Shown in pieces: positions 14,201 to 19,343 of a stretch of DNA of 64,000 nucleotides. Source of the DNA: Candidatus Thalassarchaeaceae archaeon (GTDB lineage: Archaea > Thermoplasmatota > Poseidoniia > Poseidoniales > Thalassarchaeaceae); assembly GCA_045568235.1 (NCBI GenBank), contig JBJLBJ010000001.1, positions 167 through 64,166 of the forward strand, read 5' to 3'. Within the stretch, counting starts at the first letter, position 1. The number at the start of each line of letters is the position of its first letter. A program made the translations under genes and the position numbers. The notes under the pieces were generated by a model. The model was not told where the DNA came from, ran no database searches, and worked only from the letters and a program-made list of their open reading frames with translations.

Positions 14201-17200
14201 GTTTGTTTTGATTCAAATGATAATCTAAAAGCAACAGCATATACCTCATCAGCTGGTCTATATTATGGTTCTGAATATGTGTATTATTCAGGATCTTACT
14301 ATTACAGAGATTTGTTCTTCATGGATACTGTAGAACATACCATAGATGGAAAAATGCCAGTATCAGGTGAATTAATGAGATTTAAAATCAAGGGACTCGG
14401 TGCTATTCAGAGAGGGACAAGTGACAATATAGATTCATTTGCAATTTATCCTGAAATACCAGATGGTTTGGCATTTAATACCGGAAATGGAGAAATAACA
14501 GGAACACCATTGACTAATTCTTCAATGGTCAATTACACCATATGGGTTAATGATACAACCTTTGGAAATCATATACTCAATATATCGTTTGGAATCGGCA
14601 ATGGTAAACCTACTGTAACATATAATGAGACCGAATATGTATTTGAAAGAGGGACTCCAATATCTCCAATAATACCAGCAGAGATTAATGGAAGTATAAT
14701 TTCATGGCAAATAGTTCCTGAGTTACCTGAAGGATTAGAATTAGGCGATGATAATGGAACAATATGGGGCACTCCGACGGTTAATTTAACAGCATCAACA
14801 TTTATGTTACAAGTAAGTAGTGATGGTGCAACCAGAAATATTAATTTCAATTTTACGATTAATGAACCAATAGCGACAATAGAATATGAAAATGGAACAG
14901 TAACAGTAGGCAGAGATACCGTAGTAAATGTACATCCTACTTTAGGAGGAGGAGTTGTAGCTTCATTTGGAATTTCTCCCTCCAGTCTTCCCTTAGGACT
15001 GTCATTTGACACAGAGTCAGGGAGAATATACGGAACTCCACGATTAACCACTGCAGGAGTAAATTATACTGCTTGGGCAACTAATAGTGGAGGAACAGCA
15101 TATACTAACTTTACATTGATTGTGACTGGAAGTGGCATTAGCCTTACATTCCCTACCTCAACCTTGCAGCTCGTTAATGGAAGTGAAATGCAACCATTCG
15201 CAGGACAAACCTCTGGTTCTGCGCCAGAATCATGGAATATTACTCCATATTTGCCAAATGGATTGGAATTTGGCGAGAATAATGGAACAATATGGGGAAC
15301 GCCTGAGAATATAATGAATGGAACGATATATACAATTTGGGCAAACACATCTGCTGGAGAATCTGCAAATGCGGAATTGAATATCTCAGTATTATTAGAT
15401 ACAGATGGAGATGGAGTGCCAGATATAACAGACTTTGATGATGATAATGACGGATGGTTTGACTCAGATGAGATATCATGTGGAAATGATCCTTTAGACC
15501 ATACTGATGTACCTTCAGATATGGATAATGATGGAATTTGCGACATATTAGATGAATCAGATGATTCAGTCATTGTAATTTCGTACTTAACAGATAATCT
15601 AAATATCACAGTAAATCAAAGTTTTACTCCACTTGTTCCTGTAACTTCTGGTGGAGCAATAACTAGTTGGGAAGTTTCCCCTGAATTACCATCTGATATA
15701 TTACTTAACCCTAGTAATGGAATTATTTCTGGAATGGCAATTACAACCTTTAATGCCACATTGTATACTATTTGGGCTAATAATTCGGCATATTCAGATT
15801 CATTTGACATCACAATTACTTCATCATTATTGGATACTGACGGAGATGGAATTCCTGATCAGACTGATGAAGATGATGATGGTGATGGTTGGTTAGATAC
15901 TGAGGAGATAATCTGTTTAACAGATGCTTTGGATGAAACAGAAGTTCCAACTGATAGTGATGGAGATGGTTTGTGTGATGGACAAGATAGTATAAACGAT
16001 AGTCAAGTATACCTATCATATGGAGTTGAACAAGTAATATACATAGTCAATCAAACTACAGATGCTTTGCATCCATTGGTATTTGGAGGAGATGTAGTTA
16101 CTTGGGAAATTTATCCAGAGCTTCCTGATGACTTAATTTTCAGCAATAATACGGGAGCAATAACGGGTATGGCAACATCATTATTTGAATCTCTAAATAT
16201 CACTATTTGGGCAAATAACTCCCTGCACTCATCAGAATATGTAATCGAAATATTATCCATATTACTGGATACTGACGGAGATGGAATTCCTGATGAAATT
16301 GACGATGATGACGATGATGATGGTTGGTTGGATGCTGATGAGATAACTTGTCTAACCGATACCATAGATGAAACTGATTACCCAACTGACAATGATAGAG
16401 ATAGTGTATGTGATGGTCTTGATGACGTAAATGACAGTCCGATATACCTCACATATTCCAGCATTGCTCAGAATCTATTTGTCAATGAACCAATGGATGT
16501 ACTTGTAGCAACAACATATGGAGGAGATGTGAGAGAATGGGAAATATATCCAGAATTGCCTGAAGGATTATATTTCGACAAGGGAATTGCCTATAGATCG
16601 TTAAATTCTGTAGGGACTGGAATCATTTCTGGAGCCCCAATAAATGAATTCAATCTTTCCACATTCACAATTTGGGCGAATAACTCACAACACAGTGATT
16701 CAGTTGTAATTACACTCAGGGCTTCAATTGCAGACATTGATGATTCGGACTTTGAATTAATTTACTTAGATGATTATGCCAATTTAACTGTGGATTTAGA
16801 TTATTTGTACCTCGAACCAATGATTTTTGGAGGAAATGTAACCAGTTGGAGTATAGTACCGGGAATGTTTGGAGGAATAACATTCAATACTACAAATGGA
16901 GTTATTTCTGGTACACCAAATATCGATATCGACTTGACTATATTTGAAATAACTGCTAGTAATTCAATCTATATTGATTCTTATAATGTTTCAATAATTG
17001 CCCAACATTTAGATACGGATTTAGATGGAATTCCTGATTACTTAGATGAAGATGATGATGGAGATGGGTGGACAGATGAAGTTGAAGAGTTATGTGGTAC
17101 AGACTCACTAGAATTTTATGATTTCCCAGGAGATATGGATTCTGATAATTTATGCGACTTTTTAGATGATGTTGATGATTCTCCAATATTGTTCTTTTAT

Positions 17201-19294
17201 CCAAATGACAAGATAGTAGCGACAGTAGGAGAAGCTATACAACCCATTGTACCTATAATTGCCCCAACGGGAGGAGATATCCTAAACTATAGTGTAACTC
17301 CGCAACTCCCAGAAGGATTGGGAATAGATAATGTAACAGGAATAATTTCAGGCATACCACTAAAAGAGTTCAATCACTTAATCTTAGAATATTCACATAC
17401 AATTAAAGCAACAAATGGACAATATGAATTTAGATATACTGTTGATTTTGATATTTTACCAGAAGTCATTAATAACACCGATAGTGATGAAGATGGATGG
17501 ACAGATGCAGATGAACTTGAATGTGGAACTTCACCATTTGATTCAATATCATATCCACTTGATATCGATAATGATGGTAAATGTGCTATGATTGATGATG
17601 ATGATGATGGAGATGGAAGAGCAGATTTGATAGATGATTTTGCCAACGATTCTACTGCATGGCTTGACACAGATGGCGATGGTTTACCTGATGAAGTAAC
17701 ATGTCAATATGCAGTTAACTCTGCTGAATGTGCATTAATGGACCTCATAGAAGATGATGATGATGATAATGATGGCTGGAATGATACCAGAGAGATTGAT
17801 TGTTCAACAGATCCTAAAAATAGTACTCATATACCAATTGATGATGATGATAATGGAATCTGTGACAGGCTTGAAGGGGTAGGAATTGAAAATGTTCCAA
17901 AAATATTGTGGATCTGCTGTTTCCCATTAATACTATTGTTGCTCTTACTTCTTTGGTTGGCCAATCCATTCGGCATCAATGATGAAGAGATTAGAGGCCC
18001 TGAACCGCCATATACTAGCTCCTCTCCTAAGATTGAAGGAGGCTCTGGAGAATATGATGACCCATTCATTCTCAAAACAATAAAGAATGTTAGAGCAGGA
18101 GGAAGTGTAGAAAGTAAAGAGTTAATTAAGATTACAAATATCACTCCGAGACTAGAAATAGACTTCATAAATCTATCAGTTGACGATGACGATGGTCGAT
18201 TCAATATGAATAATATGAAAGCTAATTCTAGAGGCGAAACTCAATTTAGATTACAATTTAATGATTTTAATATGAGTTCTGAAAATAAAAAATATATGGC
18301 ATTCATCAGAGTTGGAAAAGCATCAGTATATTTCAAATGGGAAGTTCAAGTAGTTATTCCCAAAGATTTGACTGATGAAGAAGTCGAAGCATCGAAAATC
18401 GCTGCCATGTCGGCTGCTGTAGCAGCGGAAGCGGAACGAAAAGCTGCTGAAGCAAATGCTGAAGCTGAAAGAGCGTTGGCAGAAGCTGAAAGAGAAGCTG
18501 CAATTGCTATGGAAACCTCTGCTGCTGCAAAGGCTGCTGAAGAGGAGGCGTCTGCAAAGGCTGCTGAAGAGGAGGCGTCTGCAAAGGCTGCTGAAGAGGA
18601 GGCGGCTGCAAAGGCTGCTGAAGAGGAGGCGGCTGCAAAGGCTGCTGAAGAGGAGGCGGCTGCAAAGGCTGCTGCTGTAAGAGCAAATTTGAAGGCGGCT
18701 CAAGAAGAAGCCGTAAGAATTGCTCAAGAAGAAGCCGAAAGAGCGTTAGAAAAGATGAATGAAGAAGAAAGAGCTGCTGCTGAAAAGGCTGCTGCTGCTG
18801 AAGAGAAGAAACGTAAGTTACTTGAAAGAGTAGCAGAAAAGGCTGAAAACATTGATTTTGCTACAATTGGTATTGCAGCAACTTCAGATATTGTTTCCGA
18901 AATTACAACTGAATCTACTAGTATAACCTTATCTGATGCCTCTTCATTCCCTGATAGTGGTAATGCATATATTTATGATCCAAGTGGTAATATTATACTA
19001 AAATGGGAAGGAAAGAAAGATAATACATTAATTGGAGTAAGTGGCATAACAAAAAACCCACCATTAGGTGCTATAATTATTGAGAGAGATAATCTTCAAG
19101 AAATCAAAGGAGTTGGTCCATTTATAGAAGAAAAATTAAATGCATTAGGAATATACACATTTAGACAGATTGCAAATATGAATTTTGAAATTGAAGAACA
19201 AGTAAATGTAGCTATAGAATTCTTCCCTGGAAGAATTAGAAGAGATGAATGGGCGAAACAGGCATATGATTTCATTAATGTCGATGAAAGTTAA
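2246..19294 (+). CDS. Giant (5,682 aa) type-I membrane surface protein: signal peptide, RCC1 repeats, propeller-blade repeats, Ca-binding Asp-rich repeats, Ig-like domains, one TM helix, coiled-coil cytoplasmic tail with an H3TH-like end
   Basis: A single uninterrupted 17,049-nt ORF. It has an N-terminal hydrophobic segment (GAIFLVFLMILSTQIAIIA). RCC1 signatures recur (CWGxNxxGQLGxGNT). DTDGDGIPD/DDDGDGW Asp-rich repeats alternate with LPxGLxxxxxTGxISGTP Ig-like units. A hydrophobic helix (ILWICCFPLILLLLLLLWLANPF) lies near the C-terminus and is followed by an Ala/Glu-rich region. Confidence 0.92.
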   Translation: MYGKKEVGAIFLVFLMILSTQIAIIAQWDYESKELSDNSQRFDSNNAGVSTISLGDNSACAIGTNQKMKCWGDGAFGKTGHGNTEDYGDEESEMGRYLYFTDVGEGITFTDIAIGETFSCALTNDSAIRCWGENDKLGSSAGLSGSGAIGDGYREMGANINVVTIGTWNGTSVEAGSNHACAVVNNGTNDSLVCWGGNSAGQLGLGHTNTIGDDSGDLVGGELPHVDLPDRGPITNIALGNDHTCVLWSDGQIGCWGDNSQGQLGIGNTNTIGDESNEMGSNLVLVDLPSSRSATAITAGNDFTCAILDDSSASCWGDGSNGRLGTGSTGDQGDESDEIGDDLNILNLGTGLGVTSFDAGESHVCAILTNGLLKCWGYNGFGQLGYGDGYDRGDDDNEMGNELESIQLGSGRFATSIQAGNAFTCALLDNAQLKCWGTGADGRTGLELTGAMGEQVNEMGDNLAYVQLFMPLPTFSIECDTQAEGTIAEKKALDSTSSSVGNKVSSTLTSKNCASIAYVDDDSNKLKFGIFHKNKWTIEKVVEWDSGIYDTSIVLDSDDDAHIFFMEEDGPVYSTKIDSVWSYVELDSEWSGTTLSAEIDSSGNFYLFTLTTTEMIIITCLESADCTNSGSWSEVGSRAVNSGGYGLDSDISYDDEIWITYTHVNFHTHVMADTCSNLCYSSLSNWIQKTISIFGNVSSSNASLAIDIGADKSIHIVHNNMTNGLQYSHCETSCTSSSSWSTEEIASEYSTGVVDIATGPDTTVVILAGTPDGEFTLHKKNNQWHYNEVKNIGDSGWMAVEITDLGQMWGFAYYPDDPNPFYLLRQKGMTSSGLNLDIDGDGWSRLEEQNCGTDFKDSTSYPSDTDNDGICEANDGAVTGELSLGESDALSLGEKFGCALLSNNSVACWGDNSEGQLGNTTVGMNVSNYAVMVDFPDGFKATSIDAGAAHACSVGVDFTAVCWGRNTAGELGRGTFSSYESPGHVILPDDQLVRNLAVGTSHNCIKTLEGNLYCWGESDNQRLGRISNVNVQIDNNENFDDITQLGWTGNFWSIETSNGNKILKRDYYNNWRDNSYQLPENTLFLVPGSKIQFEFDAYGFGNNANEWLKVWSGDVLIGTLVDNSSTSWEDNSWLSFDEGKTTITMTVPEDFSDTSGSLRFQVNCYRCQIRIDDLSTKTYAFGSTEDQNTPAKVTLSNTNSISEIALGNRHSCYTLETNYGGDETYCWGYNGGRHFNVLGNPRYNGETSYEPQLVDLSSRRSLISSVWDNYNVDSINAGSDTSCVIMDNLESICWGKSSQTEYNSPSSNVIISDGEYPALMKTGNIWSVAYYDSSSQDLGYAIYDGSVWNTEYVYSGSNDVGNGVSISVNSRNQTNIIAYDFTNDSLVHFNRLTNSTEYTAVDSGNSYFPTTVVGPDGYKHVVYYDNSNRDMKYTFFNGSEWSTPTIIEAGSSSSGIYSGWGIKDLEVDSDGNLHLSYFRWNAGPSNDIIYLKYAKYNGTSWNITQVREIISSGGVSTWVGKLETSLDLDSNNNPHIAYYDSRNSTLNYVYYDGTAWSDTVLTDESYDRGQFGSIGLDSNDYPRIAYFNQSGYNLELAVWNGSSWNFEVVESPANSGTSLGKYCNLEIGSNDLTQISYYGESGHSIKYAINEDDNWNIEEINTFGIQISNNYPLRFGIDNINNPKIAVTDYTGTDNVVVIYKSLGAWNIYEVEDNSGKHSAFPDLHVDSEGTAHVAYVDVNHRYVRYTTVYTDTIWTEETNLIETGDVSGSEPGTSLHFDQNQELNAIYIDGDESKLKQLIVHESGDIKRTVFADRGWYSSMEIDSSGVLHAAYWEYTNSNLVYAKKEGSLWQTTIIDSEGSVGKYPSLVLDNNQMPHISYKDETNDELKYAKYNGSGWEISQIDNNWDTYYNYGNIGETSIGIDSENNPHIAYKVQDGNGNGAWEYFVRYAYYNGSGWELIDVKTQDRTESSWTSYSNTGRDVSIAINSTDSVFIIYFDDYQDDLRVANITGLSLATGRVANNAAGLERSAALTIDSNDSLHVAYYDRSGADLHYAYCSLSCEIEGNWDITTDVDASTNSIGRRVDITVDTDNNPHIAHYDARNDDLEYAYCENTCDNQASWNKTTIESGNNVGYMPSLVLDNDGNKHFIHYNFSSIKVEYSVLYSGINSIYNISSVGSHHYQLGSAVTSSNNFIHLSYYNGSESDGKLQYSNINIITGMWETTVIDETATKIGLYSDIDLDSDGNPHISYFDATNNQIKYAKFDGTSWTITVITTVGSASSHTSIVLDDLDKAHVAYRNSNNGNLEMASWSGSDWAMTTQDNGGTGITDNSGVEINILDGKKYLAFYNGGNDNLEFATAGYYSPLLTGNSVYHHSGTSLDGGSSPVSAIDIGDTHGCAIINNATKCWGIGTFGQLGDNNFGAGSLSPVSVTSISGFIPIEVAVSIEESESSDSGFSCSIYRNLSTDGRYVMCWGHTENGRIGSGSSSGNLGEPSVTNMVKTGESTNLAIVDGSEYHATGPNDVMEVVLNKWVDSGHGCALSYAGHVKCWGYNLYGELGIGNTTTMGDNVNEMGDDLAFVPLGNNRTAKKISVGAYHTCAILDNDSVKCWGYNGHGQLGIGNTTTIGNNLWSMWGDNHPTVDLGTNVTATHITTGVWHTCVITNLGDVKCWGRNNVGQLGLGNTTQIGDESDEIGDNLPSVDLGYGRTAIDIVAGYQSTCVILDSGLVKCWGYNGYNQLGLSNTNNIGDYADEMGNDLAITDLGDNITATSLDSGLYHYCAIINTGDVKCWGYNAYGQLGLGNTTSPWGNVDGHMGDNLPSVDLGSGRTAKQIGVGGYHTCLILDNEDLKCWGHNNQGQLGLGNTNQIGDQLGEMGDNLISPTIPSSYIKSVTSGLRTSCAIIFDDSVRCWGYNGYGQLGLGNTDNIGDGVDEMGSNMQITDINLVVPDTDGDGWIDIWDDDDDNDGYIDFNDDLPLDVRDWIDSDGDGLGNNVDTDDDDPTVKNSEQDTKLTWSDIEEEACRYLPWSSASTPSDYDGDGICDKLDSDIDGNGWENSYQRQCHDVGYSDSWQQTEFYGDSIYDGANYGGYDFVIGDYGIQLFATYYDDYLQHKLLKHWMNLVSSRPSDLYDANGYNHFDVESQNGTLFVANEYRIRQGAILNGSLLSSSNMPEASVMTQSSNGGELTISQDGQMVVRYNTGSGNRVYGSYLNTGINFNFDTPISASGGQMIFGPNGRLHLLQVDLDARNSDLPVGFYHSYADLGNSMSGSTTVDWSEPELILNRNQSTSQYSATDYSDASDYYADLHVSNDGTIYAAMYNTTNLVIGTYDGSSWGSQVIAEATGSNAGVTISSNSTGIPHIAWLNQSSDVLMLSTLEGSDWTNVEVYNASGITSWTYSQTYSKLTLRFNEFDDIFLMSSYGSQPSALIHHKSPLNFPEYSYSPGDSNTDGICDNLQYAVIEYETDRIVFTEGEEDSVTPTFRGQELVEVWAPSLPSGLTINNTTGIISGTPIISDLEGTTYTIYSNSSDSSYPYSLIIYVTSKPSHYAGYGSYYGYQSLSNGIKEMSNAYDSEGNLYYYGHCQYISEWATDGAVDNSFNSCINYYDLIVAKRYSNSTWAWVKHLDCSSGCYEGGLTLDDAGNLYVIGHRNGGDLNLPGDDWDLPSRNAAYTISFDNDGEIRWAKDIYNPSGGYTVFVLGHMYSSSGAGLSQISVNNSTGELTFAGSLYFTTSSMSYRTIRIGDLTYTEDGTYYSYYRPFIVRMNANGNFSWFQSFNSLHGSHNTLEDMVVHDNGTVSILMKAFGNVQLGEHYIADTGNKAILGNINSSGNWTGGIIITSNHEESNLFDNSQTYLMMEKISSGNLIISLLVTDDATEMTINGVSYWLNTTCEYDDLVLFKINKDDYTVQSSREICYLNGALSNGHKGSDMKVDSKDRLWLFVGNHASYYASFHGIIRTDSNLNTDFRENFTHYNNPSSTYQFGWQDVCFDSNDNLKATAYTSSAGLYYGSEYVYYSGSYYYRDLFFMDTVEHTIDGKMPVSGELMRFKIKGLGAIQRGTSDNIDSFAIYPEIPDGLAFNTGNGEITGTPLTNSSMVNYTIWVNDTTFGNHILNISFGIGNGKPTVTYNETEYVFERGTPISPIIPAEINGSIISWQIVPELPEGLELGDDNGTIWGTPTVNLTASTFMLQVSSDGATRNINFNFTINEPIATIEYENGTVTVGRDTVVNVHPTLGGGVVASFGISPSSLPLGLSFDTESGRIYGTPRLTTAGVNYTAWATNSGGTAYTNFTLIVTGSGISLTFPTSTLQLVNGSEMQPFAGQTSGSAPESWNITPYLPNGLEFGENNGTIWGTPENIMNGTIYTIWANTSAGESANAELNISVLLDTDGDGVPDITDFDDDNDGWFDSDEISCGNDPLDHTDVPSDMDNDGICDILDESDDSVIVISYLTDNLNITVNQSFTPLVPVTSGGAITSWEVSPELPSDILLNPSNGIISGMAITTFNATLYTIWANNSAYSDSFDITITSSLLDTDGDGIPDQTDEDDDGDGWLDTEEIICLTDALDETEVPTDSDGDGLCDGQDSINDSQVYLSYGVEQVIYIVNQTTDALHPLVFGGDVVTWEIYPELPDDLIFSNNTGAITGMATSLFESLNITIWANNSLHSSEYVIEILSILLDTDGDGIPDEIDDDDDDDGWLDADEITCLTDTIDETDYPTDNDRDSVCDGLDDVNDSPIYLTYSSIAQNLFVNEPMDVLVATTYGGDVREWEIYPELPEGLYFDKGIAYRSLNSVGTGIISGAPINEFNLSTFTIWANNSQHSDSVVITLRASIADIDDSDFELIYLDDYANLTVDLDYLYLEPMIFGGNVTSWSIVPGMFGGITFNTTNGVISGTPNIDIDLTIFEITASNSIYIDSYNVSIIAQHLDTDLDGIPDYLDEDDDGDGWTDEVEELCGTDSLEFYDFPGDMDSDNLCDFLDDVDDSPILFFYPNDKIVATVGEAIQPIVPIIAPTGGDILNYSVTPQLPEGLGIDNVTGIISGIPLKEFNHLILEYSHTIKATNGQYEFRYTVDFDILPEVINNTDSDEDGWTDADELECGTSPFDSISYPLDIDNDGKCAMIDDDDDGDGRADLIDDFANDSTAWLDTDGDGLPDEVTCQYAVNSAECALMDLIEDDDDDNDGWNDTREIDCSTDPKNSTHIPIDDDDNGICDRLEGVGIENVPKILWICCFPLILLLLLLLWLANPFGINDEEIRGPEPPYTSSSPKIEGGSGEYDDPFILKTIKNVRAGGSVESKELIKITNITPRLEIDFINLSVDDDDGRFNMNNMKANSRGETQFRLQFNDFNMSSENKKYMAFIRVGKASVYFKWEVQVVIPKDLTDEEVEASKIAAMSAAVAAEAERKAAEANAEAERALAEAEREAAIAMETSAAAKAAEEEASAKAAEEEASAKAAEEEAAAKAAEEEAAAKAAEEEAAAKAAAVRANLKAAQEEAVRIAQEEAERALEKMNEEERAAAEKAAAAEEKKRKLLERVAEKAENIDFATIGIAATSDIVSEITTESTSITLSDASSFPDSGNAYIYDPSGNIILKWEGKKDNTLIGVSGITKNPPLGAIIIERDNLQEIKGVGPFIEEKLNALGIYTFRQIANMNFEIEEQVNVAIEFFPGRIRRDEWAKQAYDFINVDES
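2390..3650 (+). repeat. RCC1-like repeat block 1 (about 7-8 blades) of the giant protein
   Basis: Repeated ~55-60-aa units, each with a C[AV]I/L....[KR]CWG.[ND]..GQLG.G motif, for example MKCWGDGAFGKTGHG, IGCWGDNSQGQLGIGNT and LKCWGYNGFGQLGYGD. Confidence 0.75.
6190..9330 (+). repeat. Roughly twenty ~45-55-aa blade-like repeats of an unnamed family
   Basis: Approximate consensus: D[SD][DN]gNPHI[AS]Y.D..n..L.YA.y.G..W. Examples read by eye: HIAYYDSRNSTLNYVYYDGTAWS, HISYKDETNDELKYAKYNGSGWE, HVAYYDRSGADLHYAYC, HISYFDATNNQIKYAKFDGTSWT and HVAYRNSNNGNLEMASWSGSDW. I cannot assign a named family without a profile search. Confidence 0.55.
9400..11080 (+). repeat. RCC1-like repeat block 3; seven well-conserved blades with a 177-183-nt DNA period
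   Basis: The string tgttgggg (CWG) starts at 9890, 10070, 10253, 10433, 10613, 10796 and 10973. Each is followed by near-identical DNA (ggatacaatggctatggtcaacttggacttggaaatac and variants). Confidence 0.85.
15392..17890 (+). repeat. Tandem modules of [Asp-rich Ca-binding/Cys-containing repeat + Ig-like domain] in the giant protein
   Basis: LLDTDGDG[IV]PD..D.DDDGDGW.D..E..C.TD..D....P.D.D.D..CD..D...DS starts (gat ac. ga. gga gat gga) at 15398, 15833, 16268 and 17012, giving spacings of 435, 435 and 744 nt. Each is followed by a ~90-aa unit with the W[EN]I.PELP...........G.I[ST]G motif. Confidence 0.75.
17903..17971 (+). other. Predicted single transmembrane helix of the giant protein
   Basis: KILWICCFPLILLLLLLLWLANPFGI is the only strongly hydrophobic stretch after the N-terminal signal. 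What follows is charged Ala/Glu/Lys-rich sequence, consistent with a cytoplasmic location. Confidence 0.7.
18527..18675 (+). repeat. Five tandem 27-nt in-frame repeats plus a partial copy, encoding AKAAEEEA[S/A]
   Basis: gcaaaggctgctgaagaggaggcg[t/g]ct is repeated head-to-tail and reads AKAAEEEAS AKAAEEEAS AKAAEEEAA AKAAEEEAA AKAAEEEAA. Confidence 0.95.
19088..19291 (+). other. C-terminal H3TH-like (COG3743-type) module of the giant protein, paralogous to 1901..2100
   Basis: DNLQEIKGVGPFIEEKLNALGIYTFRQIANMNFEIEEQVNVAIEFFPGRIRRDEWAKQAYDFI aligns without gaps to the tail of the upstream protein. Shared elements are L-Q-x-IKG, E-E-[KR]-LN, GI-x-TF-x-QI, AIE-x-FPGRIRR, W-x-QA. Confidence 0.6.
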
Positions 19295-19343
19295 GAGATA
19301 AGCATTTAATAGAAATTGGTAGGGACAGAATAGAGGAACTAAC

